From NCBI GenBank assembly GCA_963664705.1, contig OY761556.1, positions 128,001 through 192,000 of the forward strand: 64,000 bases of DNA, given 5' to 3'. Numbering within the stretch: the first letter of the stretch is position 1; each line of letters begins with the position of its first letter. The translations under genes and the position numbers were made by a program. Of the stretch, positions 28,701 through 38,649 are shown piece after piece. Source of the DNA: Acidobacteriota bacterium (GTDB lineage: Bacteria > Acidobacteriota > UBA6911). The notes below the pieces were generated by a model. The model saw nothing but the letters and a program-made list of their open reading frames with translations. It was not told where the DNA came from and searched no databases.

Positions 28701-29339
28701 ATGGCGAAGATACAGCTTGAACCGAAACCCGGGCCAATGCCCATCCTCGGCTTTTACCCGACCATCATCATTGGGGCCAATGTGGACGGGAAGCCGGATT
28801 TTACCACCGTCGCCTGGACAGGCGTTGCTGCCAGCGTTCCGCCCACCATTACCATCGCGCTCCAGCACCACCGACATTCACTCAAGGGAGTTCGGCAGAA
28901 CATGACTTTCTCCGTCAATATCCCGTCGGCCACCCACGTCAGGGAGACCGACTATTGCGGCCTGGCCTCGGGCGCGCGGGTGGATAAGGCGGCCGATTGC
29001 GGATTTAAGGTTTCCTACGGCAAATTGAAGAGCGCGCCTTTTGTTGAAGAATGCCCCATCAGCCATGGCTGCGAAGTTATTCAAATCCTTCACCTGGGAA
29101 GCCACGAATTAATCGTCGGGAAAATTGTGGACACCCACATTTCGGAGGAATGTCTGACCAATGGCAGGCCGGACCCGGCTAAGGTGGACCCGATTGTGTT
29201 TGCCGGCACGGGATATTACCGGATTGGCGATCGCCTTGGGGATGCCTTCCGGTGCGGCATCGACATCAATCCCAAGGCAAAGCTGGATACTCTCGAAGAG
29301 ATCAAGAAATTCAGCGAGAAGGGGATATCGGAAGCCTAG
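28701..29339 (+). CDS. Flavin reductase family protein (flavoredoxin-like)
   Basis: VAWTG, FSVNIPS, DYCGLASG..VDK, APFVEECP, GSHELIVG. Confidence 0.88.
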   Translation: MAKIQLEPKPGPMPILGFYPTIIIGANVDGKPDFTTVAWTGVAASVPPTITIALQHHRHSLKGVRQNMTFSVNIPSATHVRETDYCGLASGARVDKAADCGFKVSYGKLKSAPFVEECPISHGCEVIQILHLGSHELIVGKIVDTHISEECLTNGRPDPAKVDPIVFAGTGYYRIGDRLGDAFRCGIDINPKAKLDTLEEIKKFSEKGISEA

Positions 29340-29469
29340 GTCCGGCGGAGAGTGCGTGCGGTGCAAATGCATTACTATTCTGTTGCCAAAATCGCCCTCC
29401 AGTGGCAGGCTCTATCCATAGGAATCGCTCGAAATTTCTTTCAAGGCAAATATTCAAGGAGACGGCGGT

Positions 29470-30177
29470 ATGTCTGAAGCCCAGAAAACCGGAGATACGA
29501 AGAAAAAGGTTTTGAGGCGTGATTTTCTCGCTGGCGGCGGAGCAGCTATTGCCGCGGGTGCGCTAGGAATGGTCTCTGCGCCGGTCGAGGCAGCGGCCCA
29601 GGCTGGTGCAAAGGCTAATCTTGCTCCCTCTACGGGATATATCGTTTATGACAGCCGGCTGTGTCTTGGTTGCCAGAGTTGTATGTTTGCCTGCTCGATG
29701 ACCCACGAAGGGGAGGGGAGTCCTTCGTTGTCCAGGATTCAGATTATCCGGGATGCCCCGTCTTTTACCAAATATCCCTATGACATCGTGATGTCCGTCT
29801 GTCGGCAGTGCGTTTCTCCCTTGTGCGTCCAGAACTGTCCGACCGGCGCCTGTCATGTCGATGCCGCCAATGGAAATATCCGGAGGATCGATCAATCCAA
29901 GTGTGTCGGATGTCAGCGATGTATCCAATCCTGTCCGCAGCGACCCCATCGAACCGTCTGGAACCCGGTCAAGAAGAAATCAACCAAGTGTGACCTGTGC
30001 GCCGATGCACCGTTCTGGAGCCAGAAGGGCGGACCGGAAGGGGCGCAGGCTTGCATCCAAAATTGTCCGGCCAAGGCACTGAAGCTTGTCAAGGATCCGC
30101 CGCCCCAGTTGGATGTGGCTGGTTATGACGTGAATCTCGCGCCGCCCCCCAAAGCCACTCCGGCGGTAAAAATATAG
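29470..30177 (+). CDS. Tat-exported 4x[4Fe-4S] protein (YdhY/DmsB-like); near-duplicate of 53796-54539
   Basis: LRRDFL Tat motif; CLGCQSCMFAC, CRQCVSPLCVQNCP, CVGCQRCIQSCP, KCDLC. Confidence 0.88.
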   Translation: MSEAQKTGDTKKKVLRRDFLAGGGAAIAAGALGMVSAPVEAAAQAGAKANLAPSTGYIVYDSRLCLGCQSCMFACSMTHEGEGSPSLSRIQIIRDAPSFTKYPYDIVMSVCRQCVSPLCVQNCPTGACHVDAANGNIRRIDQSKCVGCQRCIQSCPQRPHRTVWNPVKKKSTKCDLCADAPFWSQKGGPEGAQACIQNCPAKALKLVKDPPPQLDVAGYDVNLAPPPKATPAVKI

Positions 30178-30208
30178 CGGATCTTGCATCACTGATCTCA
30201 AGGGCGAG

Positions 30209-30238
30209 AAGGCTCCAAAGAACTCCTGGAGCCTTTTT
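30209..30238 (+). terminator. Putative intrinsic terminator
   Basis: aaggctcca...tggagcc followed by ttttt. Confidence 0.55.
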
Positions 30239-30258
30239 GCATTTAAGGGGAGGGTTCT

Positions 30259-31167
30259 ATGGAAAATGTAAACGGAAAGGTTGCATTCATCACCGGTGGA
30301 GCCAGCGGCATCGGTCTGGGAATAGCCAAGGCGTTTGTGAGTGCCGGAATGAAGGTCATGATCGCGGATATTCAGGAAGACCGGATGCGCGACGCCATGC
30401 TCGGCTTTCAGAAACTCGGGCAGGACGGCAGCGTCCGTTGCCTCAAACTGGATGTAACTGATCGCAAAGCGTTTGCCTGGGCTGCCGATGAGACGGAACG
30501 ATTGCTGGGCAATGTGCATGTGCTTTGCAACAATGCCGGTATCGGGATTCTCGGATCCATCAAGCTTACGAAATTTGATGATTGGGACTGGGGAATCAGC
30601 GTCCTTATTGGCGGCGTGGTCAATGGGATCCAGACCTTCCTGCCGCGCATGCTCAGTCATGGCGAGGGTGGACACATCATCACCACATCTTCAATGGGCG
30701 GGGCGCTGCCTCTGTCCGGATCCCCAGTCTATTCCACGGCAAAGGCGGGCGTGATCGCGATGTGTGAATGTCTGCGCGGTGACCTGGCGGCCGATAATAT
30801 TGGCGTCTCCGCATTTTGTCCGGGGCCGGTGGCCACGAATATTCGAGAGGCCGGCGCTCTCAGACCGGAACAATACCGATCGAACAGCGGCCTTGCGAAC
30901 CTGGAAAAGGAATTGGCCAGCAGGGAGAATTCTCCGAATTGGATGAGCATTGAGGAATGCGGAGAACGGGTGCTGCAGGGGATCCGCCGCAACGACCTGT
31001 TTATCTTCACCCATCGGGAGTTCAAAGAGGGTGTTGCCGAACGGATGCAAGCGATGCTGGAGTCTTTCCCGGATGAGGAGATCAATCAAAAGCGAGCGGC
31101 AGAAATTCCGTATTTGATCTCAAACCCGATTTATCGACAGGCGCTGGAGGCGATCCGGAAACGTTGA
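30259..31167 (+). CDS. Short-chain dehydrogenase/reductase
   Basis: TGGASGIG, NNAG, YSTAK. Confidence 0.93.
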   Translation: MENVNGKVAFITGGASGIGLGIAKAFVSAGMKVMIADIQEDRMRDAMLGFQKLGQDGSVRCLKLDVTDRKAFAWAADETERLLGNVHVLCNNAGIGILGSIKLTKFDDWDWGISVLIGGVVNGIQTFLPRMLSHGEGGHIITTSSMGGALPLSGSPVYSTAKAGVIAMCECLRGDLAADNIGVSAFCPGPVATNIREAGALRPEQYRSNSGLANLEKELASRENSPNWMSIEECGERVLQGIRRNDLFIFTHREFKEGVAERMQAMLESFPDEEINQKRAAEIPYLISNPIYRQALEAIRKR

Positions 31168-31184
31168 AGCCAGCGCGCTGCGAT

Positions 31185-31979
31185 TTACTGCTGGAGAGCG
31201 GGGAAGCAGACCTTGCGCTCCACCGATTCGCCGGCGGATACGACTCGCACCTCCACCCCATAGGCGGATCTCAAATTTTCCTCTGTGATGACATCGTCGG
31301 GTGCGCCTATTTGCGAGATTTTGCCTTTATTGAGAATAACCACGCTGTCCGCGACCAGAAAAGTGTGATCCGGGAAATGGGTGGCCATGATGATGGTCAT
31401 TCCATCCAGGGTCAGCCGTCTGATCGCCTGAAGTATCTTCGTCTGGTTCCCCAGGTCCAAATGCGACGTTGGCTCATCCAGCAATAACAACTGCGGTTTC
31501 TGCACCAGGGCTCTTGCGATAAGGGCAAGCTGCCATTCCCCTCCACTGACAGAATTGCACGGACGGTCCGCCAGGTGCAGAATTCCGGCAGTCTCCATGG
31601 CTTCGTGCGCAATCTTCATGTCGTTTTTGGATGGGGAGGCCAGGATGCTCAGGTGCGGCGCCCGTCCCATGACAACGATGTCCTTAATCCGGAAAGGGAA
31701 GGCGGACGTCAGGCCCTGCGGCACATAGCCTATCCGTCGGGCGATTTCAGACAGTTTGAAACTGAACAGGTCCTGCCCATCGAAAAGAATATTGCCCTGC
31801 TGGATGTGCAGAATTCCGCTCAGGCATTTGAGAAGCGTGGATTTGCCGGTTCCGTTCGGGCCCAGGAGACAAAGCACCTGTCCAGGCAGGACCGAAAACG
31901 AGAGGCTGTGAAACACGGCGGCCGCTGAATCCTGGTGATAACTGAAGGAAATGTCGCTTGCCTGCATTCGGAATGTCAT
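31185..31979 (-). CDS. FecE/BtuD-type ABC ATPase
   Basis: GPNGTGKST, SGGE, LLLDEPTSHLD. Confidence 0.92.
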   Translation of the reverse strand: MTFRMQASDISFSYHQDSAAAVFHSLSFSVLPGQVLCLLGPNGTGKSTLLKCLSGILHIQQGNILFDGQDLFSFKLSEIARRIGYVPQGLTSAFPFRIKDIVVMGRAPHLSILASPSKNDMKIAHEAMETAGILHLADRPCNSVSGGEWQLALIARALVQKPQLLLLDEPTSHLDLGNQTKILQAIRRLTLDGMTIIMATHFPDHTFLVADSVVILNKGKISQIGAPDDVITEENLRSAYGVEVRVVSAGESVERKVCFPALQQ

Positions 31980-31981
31980 GT

Positions 31982-33049
31982 TTACCACGCGGGTCGATTC
32001 TTTCGCAAAAGATAGGCAAAGATCGGAGCCCCGATGATTGCGGTCAGAATCCCGATGGGGATTTCGGTTTCCATCGCCGTCCTGGCAATGAGATCGACGC
32101 TTACAAGATAAATGGCGCCGATGAGTGCGGACACCGGCAGCAGATACTTGTTGTCCGCGCCGACGAGTATTCGGCCAATATGCGGAATCACCAGTCCCAC
32201 CCATCCGATAACCCCGCTGATGCAGACAGCCGCGGCCGAAATCAGCGTCGCGGAAATGATAATGATGCCGCGGATCTGGCCCGTGTTGACGCCAAGAGCG
32301 CGCGCATCTTCTTCCCCCATCGTCAGAAGATTGATTCGCCAGCGGATGAGATATAAGGCAACGATACCGGCCACGATTATTGGCCCCACCACTGCGATAT
32401 CTCTGTTTGAGGCGTTGTTCAGCGATCCCAATAACCAGAATACGATCGAAGGCATCTGGTTGACCGGGTCCGCGATGTATTTCATCAGGGATGTAGCTGC
32501 CGAAAAGAGCGCTCCGATAATGATTCCCGCGAGAACCAGCATCAAAACGGGCGTGCTGCGATAGGTTCGGCTCAACGCATAGGTCAGGAATACGGCAGCC
32601 AGTCCAAAGACGAACGAAAGCAATTGGACCATGAAGACGTTGCCGAAGAAAAGGATGCCGATAGCGGCTCCGAATCCGGCCCCGGCCGATACTCCCAGGA
32701 TATGAGGAGAAACGAGCGGATTCCGGAACAGCCCTTGAAACGAGGCTCCGGAAATGGAGAGACCTGCGCCAATCAGCAGGCCTGCCAGGAGACGGGGCAA
32801 CCGTACATCGATAACCACGGATTCCAATGTCGCCGGCCAGTCAGCCTGCAATGTTGAGATGCGGGAAACCAGGATCTTGAGGATCAGTCCCGGCCGAATG
32901 TGCATCTGCCCCGATATCAGGGAAACAATGCAGATGGCGAAAACCGCTGCGACAAGAAATAGCTGCAGTTTTCGCGGCTCGAAGAGATGTTCTCCGCGGG
33001 CTGGATTCACGCCCGCTGGAGTTGCGTGCTGCTGCGACGCCGGGCTCAT
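31982..33049 (-). CDS. FecCD/BtuC-type ABC permease
   Basis: RLPR, FRNPLV.P.ILGVS.GA, GWVGLVIPH. Confidence 0.93.
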   Translation of the reverse strand: MSPASQQHATPAGVNPARGEHLFEPRKLQLFLVAAVFAICIVSLISGQMHIRPGLILKILVSRISTLQADWPATLESVVIDVRLPRLLAGLLIGAGLSISGASFQGLFRNPLVSPHILGVSAGAGFGAAIGILFFGNVFMVQLLSFVFGLAAVFLTYALSRTYRSTPVLMLVLAGIIIGALFSAATSLMKYIADPVNQMPSIVFWLLGSLNNASNRDIAVVGPIIVAGIVALYLIRWRINLLTMGEEDARALGVNTGQIRGIIIISATLISAAAVCISGVIGWVGLVIPHIGRILVGADNKYLLPVSALIGAIYLVSVDLIARTAMETEIPIGILTAIIGAPIFAYLLRKNRPAW

Positions 33050-34122
33050 TTCTTGGGACCGGGTCCGAAGGCAACGGCGTATCTGGCCGTCAGGATGGAC
33101 TGCGCTTGCTCGTCGTTCAAGTTAAAGGACATGATTTCGCCGTAAAACTTTTTTACCTCCTGAACCATATCGATATCTTTGAAGAGTTCCGGATAGGCGG
33201 TCTTTGCAAGCCACAGAGGATGAAGCACGGCCGATTCCGCAGTCGGCCTGTCCATGATAAACACGCCGACCGGTTGCTTGTATACCGCCCTGTTTCTGAC
33301 CGCATTAATGCTCTTCCATTTTGGATCGTTGTAGATGTCGGCCGGCGATCCGAAATCGATAACCAGTATGTCCGGATTCCAGCCCAGAACCTTTTCCATC
33401 GAGACTTCGGCCAGGCCTATATGCAGCCCTTCTTTCATGCCGCTCGATCGAATGGATTCCGCCGCATTCCGGCAGCCGGCCAGTTCAAAATGCTGCTGCA
33501 TGAAGGTGTCGCCACCCAGGGTAACGAGGTGATTGGCGCTGTAGCCGTTGAAGACAAGTTTGCGCTGGTTCTTGGCCAGTTTATCCGTGCGTGATTTGAC
33601 GAGATCGATCGTTTTTTGAAGATACGCCACATACTTTTCGGCCCGCGGTTCCTTCTGGAAGATTCGGCCGTAAAAGCGTATTTCCTCTTTTACCGCATCG
33701 AAAGTCTGACTCATCGAGCTTCCGAGGTATGCGACAGGAATGCGCGTCTTTTTTTCCACGATGGATCCATCAAGGTCTCCGGCAATGACAAGTTGGGGAT
33801 CGGTTGAAATAAGCTCTTCCACGTTGACCTGGCCGCTGGTGGTCCGGGGCGTTGCCAGATTCTTCACACTCGGGTCCATCTGGTTGACGAGTTCTGAGGT
33901 GGTCAGCGATTTTGTGACGGCGCACAGCTGTCCGCGCGCGCCCAGGATATAGGCGATCTGACCGGTCGGTCCGCCCAAGAGAGCCACCCTTTTCAAGGGA
34001 TCCGGCACCTGAACCTTCCGTCCCATCATATCGGTAATGGTTCGTGTTTTGTCCGCTCCGAAAGCAGTGATAAGGATGGTGCCGGCAATCGCGATCAGAA
34101 TGATGTTTCGATTGTGTTTCAA
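33046..34122 (-). CDS. Periplasmic binding protein (TroA/FecB-like)
   Basis: Signal peptide; TITDMMGRKV, NVEELI..DP, EKVLGWNPD, LWLAK..YPELF. Confidence 0.88.
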   Translation of the reverse strand: MKHNRNIILIAIAGTILITAFGADKTRTITDMMGRKVQVPDPLKRVALLGGPTGQIAYILGARGQLCAVTKSLTTSELVNQMDPSVKNLATPRTTSGQVNVEELISTDPQLVIAGDLDGSIVEKKTRIPVAYLGSSMSQTFDAVKEEIRFYGRIFQKEPRAEKYVAYLQKTIDLVKSRTDKLAKNQRKLVFNGYSANHLVTLGGDTFMQQHFELAGCRNAAESIRSSGMKEGLHIGLAEVSMEKVLGWNPDILVIDFGSPADIYNDPKWKSINAVRNRAVYKQPVGVFIMDRPTAESAVLHPLWLAKTAYPELFKDIDMVQEVKKFYGEIMSFNLNDEQAQSILTARYAVAFGPGPKK

Positions 34123-34334
34123 GGTTTACGCTCCTGCAGATTTCTTTCCGAAAACCGTACCTGATACCGGCGCGGATTTTGCTCGTCGCTCCCCGTTCCT
34201 TCGAAGGAAGTCACTGTAGCATGTTATTTTTCGTGCCTGAAAGAAATACTTTGTCTGATAATGTTCGTATTTTCAGCGCAAGGCGCAGATTGAATCATAA
34301 ATAGCATCAGGCCGGAAACGGCTGGGAGACAAGG

Positions 34335-35534
34335 ATGAAGAAAGGCAATGTTACGATAGCTTTGCTAAGCCTGATGTTGGCTGCGGGCTTGATAATTCTG
34401 ACAGGTTCTGCCCAGGAAAAGATTAAATCCAGGGCATATGTGGGCCATGAAAACGATCGGGATGTTCAGAACTTCGTGCAGCAATATCCGAAGACTGTGG
34501 GGACAAGACTGGATGACTGTCAGACCTGTCATCGCAGCGGCGCATCAGGCACGGATACGGAGCGGGAGTATAGCCCGTGCGGATACTGTCATTTACTTCA
34601 ATATCCAAACTCGAAATACAAAACCGGCGTACCGAAGAGTTTTGAGGATACCCTCAATGCCTTTGGCCTGGCCTATAAGAAGGAAGGCCGGACTGCCAAG
34701 GCTCTCGCCAACCTGGGTAATGCCGATTCTGATGGTGACGGCTTTGCCAACGCGAAGGAAATTGCGGAACTCCGGTATCCCGGCGATGCGGGTAGCCGCC
34801 CGGGCCAGCCGATCGCGCCCATCAAAACTCTGAATTGGGGCGATATTTCAAAGCTTCCTCGCCAAAGTCAATTCATGCTGATGAATACAACTTCCGAGCC
34901 ATTTGACGATTATGCAAGCTATGGTGGTGTTCGAGTCAAGGACCTGCTGGAAGCGGCGCATATCGATTTGAAGGGATCGACGGGCATCACGGTTTTCGCC
35001 CCGGATGGATACAGCGTCGACTACTCGCTGGATGATGTGATGGGGCCTTTCCCAAAGCCATATTTTTATGCGGCACCCGGAAGCATTCAGGATAAGGAAA
35101 AGGCATTTGTCAAATACCCGGAATCGCTGCCCTCAGGGGTACAGGACGGGAAAGAGATTCCTGCGGTGCCATGGCTTCTGATCGCGTTTGAGAGGGACGG
35201 GAAGCCGCTGGACAGTGCGCAGTATGAAAAAGGGACCGGGCGGCTTGCCGGTGAAGGGCCCTATCGCCTGATCAAGCCACAAAGAGATTTGACTGCGGGC
35301 GACCCGTCCAAACCGGGACGTCCGGATCGATCTGTAAAGTCCAAGGTCTTCGGAGATGGGTGGGATTTTTCGAAGGCGATTGATCACAATGCCGGGTCGT
35401 GCATTCGCGGGGCAACGGCGATTCGCATTAATCCCATGCCTTCCGGCTTTGAGGAATATGACTGGAAAAATGGGTGGCCCCTGGTCGCCGGGCGACAGAT
35501 CGTCATTTTTGGCAAGGGCGTTCCCAGGAAGTAA
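34335..35534 (+). CDS. Exported diheme c-type cytochrome with a GEGP-motif, sulfite-oxidase-like C-terminal domain
   Basis: Signal peptide; CQTCH and CGYCH; DSDGDGF Ca-binding loop; Y.GV...DLL, APDGY, GEGPYRL. Confidence 0.75.
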   Translation: MKKGNVTIALLSLMLAAGLIILTGSAQEKIKSRAYVGHENDRDVQNFVQQYPKTVGTRLDDCQTCHRSGASGTDTEREYSPCGYCHLLQYPNSKYKTGVPKSFEDTLNAFGLAYKKEGRTAKALANLGNADSDGDGFANAKEIAELRYPGDAGSRPGQPIAPIKTLNWGDISKLPRQSQFMLMNTTSEPFDDYASYGGVRVKDLLEAAHIDLKGSTGITVFAPDGYSVDYSLDDVMGPFPKPYFYAAPGSIQDKEKAFVKYPESLPSGVQDGKEIPAVPWLLIAFERDGKPLDSAQYEKGTGRLAGEGPYRLIKPQRDLTAGDPSKPGRPDRSVKSKVFGDGWDFSKAIDHNAGSCIRGATAIRINPMPSGFEEYDWKNGWPLVAGRQIVIFGKGVPRK

Positions 35535-35630
35535 CAAACTGGGAGCGGTGGCAAAAAGGCGTGCCCGAGTGAGAACCTTGAGGCGCGTCAGTTTGCCACC
35601 GCCCTCCGATGAGCTTCGCCCTCGACCAAT

Positions 35631-35699
35631 CGTATGCAGCATTGGCCGTCCCGGTGGCACCAATGTCGTGGAGGCGGCCACGCTCTTTCCGGCGAGACG
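35631..35699. repeat. REP-like host repeat with an adjacent MITE TIR remnant
   Basis: tatgcagcattg followed by gccgtcccggtggcacc...ccggcgagacg, matching 13225-13291. Confidence 0.7.
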
Positions 35700-35730
35700 A
35701 TGGCGCTCGCGGCATTTCTCCGGAGGGAAA

Positions 35731-36810
35731 ATGCGCTTTTTCAAAGTAGCGGTAATTTTTTCCGTCGTGGTTTGTTGTGCTTTGAACGCTCTTGCCGAAA
35801 ACAAACCACTTGCGATTCGCGATGCCGCCGGACGTGTGGTTAAGCTCTCGCGGTTGCCCCAAAGGATTGTTGTCATTGGGCGCATCCCGTTTATGACGCT
35901 GCATCTGTTGTACGCGTTTCCGGAGGGGCGCCAGCGTTTTGTGGCCAGCGAAAGAAAGGGCTCCAGTACTCCCAGTGACTTCCTGCCTCTGGTGGATCCG
36001 GCATTTGCCCGCAAACCTGTACTGGCTCCGGGCCCCAACGTCGAGGAAATTGCCAGCCTCAATCCTGACATTGTCCTGCTGAAAGGTACTTCGGTCGACA
36101 AAGCCAGCGAGTCTTTGGAAAAGATCGGGATCCCAACCTTTTACCTTGCGTTGGAGACTCCGGATCAATTCCTTCAGGATGTGACAAATCTCGGGCTCAT
36201 TCTCGGGAACACTAAAAGAGCCGAGGAGATCCGGGGCTTTTACCAGGTACGCATGGAGCGGATGCAAAAAAGACTGGCCGGCGTTTCAGATCAGAAAAAG
36301 CCGCGCGTGCTCCTTGTGGAGTATAGCAATCGGGGGAACAAAGTTGCCGTTCAGGTTCCTTCGAGAACATGGATGCAAACTCAGCAGGTTCAAATGGCGG
36401 GCGGGTATCCTGTCTGGCTTGAGGCGGTTCAAGGGACAGAAGGCTATTCCATTGTCAATATTGAACAGATTGCACGATGGAACCCGGAACAGATCTTTGT
36501 TGTCGTCTGGTACCTGTTGGATCCGGCCCAGATTATTCGCGGGATGAAAACCGACCCGCAATGGTCAGCGCTCAAGGCGGTTGCGAATGCCCAAGTCTAT
36601 GGGTTCCCGACCGATATTGTTGGCTGGGATACAGCCGATGTGCGCTGGATTTTGGGCGCGGAGTGGCTTGCCACCCGTGTTCACCCCACGCGCTTCAAGG
36701 ATATCGACATGAAGGCGGAGATTATGGCGCTCTTCGGCCAGTTATTTGGAATGAGCCGTGCAGCCATCGAGTCCGGCATACTTCCCCAGGTAAAGATGGA
36801 TGTCCACTAA
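35731..36810 (+). CDS. Periplasmic binding protein (TroA/FecB-like)
   Basis: Signal peptide; DAAGRVV, PNVEEIASLNPD, EQIARWNP, WLATRVHP. Confidence 0.88.
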   Translation: MRFFKVAVIFSVVVCCALNALAENKPLAIRDAAGRVVKLSRLPQRIVVIGRIPFMTLHLLYAFPEGRQRFVASERKGSSTPSDFLPLVDPAFARKPVLAPGPNVEEIASLNPDIVLLKGTSVDKASESLEKIGIPTFYLALETPDQFLQDVTNLGLILGNTKRAEEIRGFYQVRMERMQKRLAGVSDQKKPRVLLVEYSNRGNKVAVQVPSRTWMQTQQVQMAGGYPVWLEAVQGTEGYSIVNIEQIARWNPEQIFVVVWYLLDPAQIIRGMKTDPQWSALKAVANAQVYGFPTDIVGWDTADVRWILGAEWLATRVHPTRFKDIDMKAEIMALFGQLFGMSRAAIESGILPQVKMDVH

Positions 36811-37816
36811 AGACATGCCCGGTTCAGGAGAACGCGAAGCCCTGGCAAGAGTCTCCTGCATTGCATGCCTGCTCCTGGCCATATTTATTCTTTCGGTTTT
36901 CATCGGACGCTATCCCGGACCTTACTTCACAAATCCGGCAGTATTGGGCGAAGATTCGCTTGCCAGGCGACTTCTGCTCAATTTGAGGTTGCCGCGCGTG
37001 ATCATGGCAATGCTGGTCGGCATGGTTCTCTCCGCATCCGGCACAGTTTTCCAGATGGTATTTCGAAACCCGCTTGTTGATTCAGGGTTTCTTGGCGTCT
37101 CCGCGGGAGCATCCTTTGGCGCTTCCCTGGCGATTGTACTGCTGGGAGGCACGACGTGGACTGTGCAGAGTTGTGCCGCGCTGTTCGGCTTGATGGGATT
37201 GGCTTGTTCTTACTTCCTGGGTACAAAGATCCGCTTTGGCGACTGGGTGTTACGCCTGCTTTTATCGGGGATCGCGGTTTCAGCAGTCTATACGTCGGGA
37301 ACCGGGCTGCTCAAATACCTGGCTGATCCGCTGAAAGAGCTTCCGGATGTTACCTTCTGGCTGCTGGGCGGAATTTGGGGGATTACCTGGAAGGATCTGT
37401 TTCAAGTTCTACCCGTGGCCATTCCCTGCCTGGTTGTTCTCTATCTGTTGCGCTGGCGGTTGAATCTGCTGTCGATGCGGGATGAGACGGCATTTTCCTT
37501 GGGCGTGGCGGCTGGACGCGAAAGGATGATTCTGCTGCTCGCGGCAGTGATCTCCACCACCGCCATGGTTTCAAAGGCCGGGCTGATAGCATGGGTAGGC
37601 TTGATCGTTCCGCACCTTGCACGGCGCTGGCTCGGCTCGGATGCCCAGCGCTCTCTCCCTGGTTCAATGGCCATGGGCGGCTTGTTTGTATTGCTTTGCG
37701 ATGATGTTGCCCGCACTCTTTTGCCGGGCGAAATACCCCTCGGCATTTTGTCATCGGCCGTTGGCGCGGCCGTCTTTGTCGCCCTCATGCTCAGACGGGA
37801 CTGGAGGGCACGTTGA
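36800..37816 (+). CDS. FecCD-type ABC permease
   Basis: RLPR, FRNPLVD, WVGLIVPH. Confidence 0.92.
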   Translation: MSTKDMPGSGEREALARVSCIACLLLAIFILSVFIGRYPGPYFTNPAVLGEDSLARRLLLNLRLPRVIMAMLVGMVLSASGTVFQMVFRNPLVDSGFLGVSAGASFGASLAIVLLGGTTWTVQSCAALFGLMGLACSYFLGTKIRFGDWVLRLLLSGIAVSAVYTSGTGLLKYLADPLKELPDVTFWLLGGIWGITWKDLFQVLPVAIPCLVVLYLLRWRLNLLSMRDETAFSLGVAAGRERMILLLAAVISTTAMVSKAGLIAWVGLIVPHLARRWLGSDAQRSLPGSMAMGGLFVLLCDDVARTLLPGEIPLGILSSAVGAAVFVALMLRRDWRAR

Positions 37817-38649
37817 TGAACCGAGAATGCCCGGTTGTCAGTCTGGAAAGAGTTTCTTTCCGATATGCTCCTTCCGATCCGCTTGTCCTGGCAGATGTCC
37901 ATGTTGCGTTGCTCAAGCGCTCGATCACGGCGCTGCTCGGACCCAATGGTTCAGGGAAGAGTACGCTGCTGCATCTGATATTAGGTTTGCTGACTCCTGT
38001 CCAGGGCCAAATATGTCTTATGGGGCGTCCTCTTCAGAAATACAGCCGGAGAGAGTGCAGCAAGATTCTCGGCCTGGTTCCCCAGGACGAACAGGTGGCC
38101 TTCGATCTGAGCGTTCTCGAATATGTATTGCTCGGCAGGGCCCCTTATCTCAATCTGCTGGATAGACCGGGCGGAAAGGATCATCGCATTGCACGCGAGG
38201 CTCTGGCGACCGTCGGTTTAGCGGCGCTGCAGAATCGGCTGGTCCCTTCATTGAGCGGAGGGGAGCGTCAACTGGCGACTGTAGCACGGGCGCTGGCGCA
38301 GGAGACCGAAGTCCTGCTTCTTGACGAGCCCACATCTCATCTGGATCTCGGAAATGCAAGACGCATCCTGGCAGGGCTCCGCGCGCTGAAGGCTTCCGGT
38401 AAAACAATTGTCCTGACAACCCACGATCCCAATGCCGCAGCGGCGATAGCGGATCACGTTATTTTGCTTCGCGGTGGGCAGGTGCTGTCTTCAGGAACCA
38501 CCGAAGAGGTTATGACATCGGAGCAGCTCAGCGCTGCCTATGGAGTCAATGTTGAGGTGATGCAGGTGCACGACAGAAGGTGGGTTTTGACCCACGCCTC
38601 GCCCAATGACCTGCGGTCCGACTTTGAATGTATTCAGGAGACGAACTAA
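37816..38649 (+). CDS. FecE-type ABC ATPase
   Basis: GPNGSGKST, LSGGE, LLDEPTSHLD; TGATG overlap with the permease stop. Confidence 0.92.
   Translation: MNRECPVVSLERVSFRYAPSDPLVLADVHVALLKRSITALLGPNGSGKSTLLHLILGLLTPVQGQICLMGRPLQKYSRRECSKILGLVPQDEQVAFDLSVLEYVLLGRAPYLNLLDRPGGKDHRIAREALATVGLAALQNRLVPSLSGGERQLATVARALAQETEVLLLDEPTSHLDLGNARRILAGLRALKASGKTIVLTTHDPNAAAAIADHVILLRGGQVLSSGTTEEVMTSEQLSAAYGVNVEVMQVHDRRWVLTHASPNDLRSDFECIQETN

Noticed and set aside
35356-35730. N-terminal extensions of ORF-track calls (35356, 39424, 4501, 12973, 32204, 54733)
   Set aside because: They run through repeats, promoters or upstream genes; downstream starts with an RBS or signal peptide fit better.
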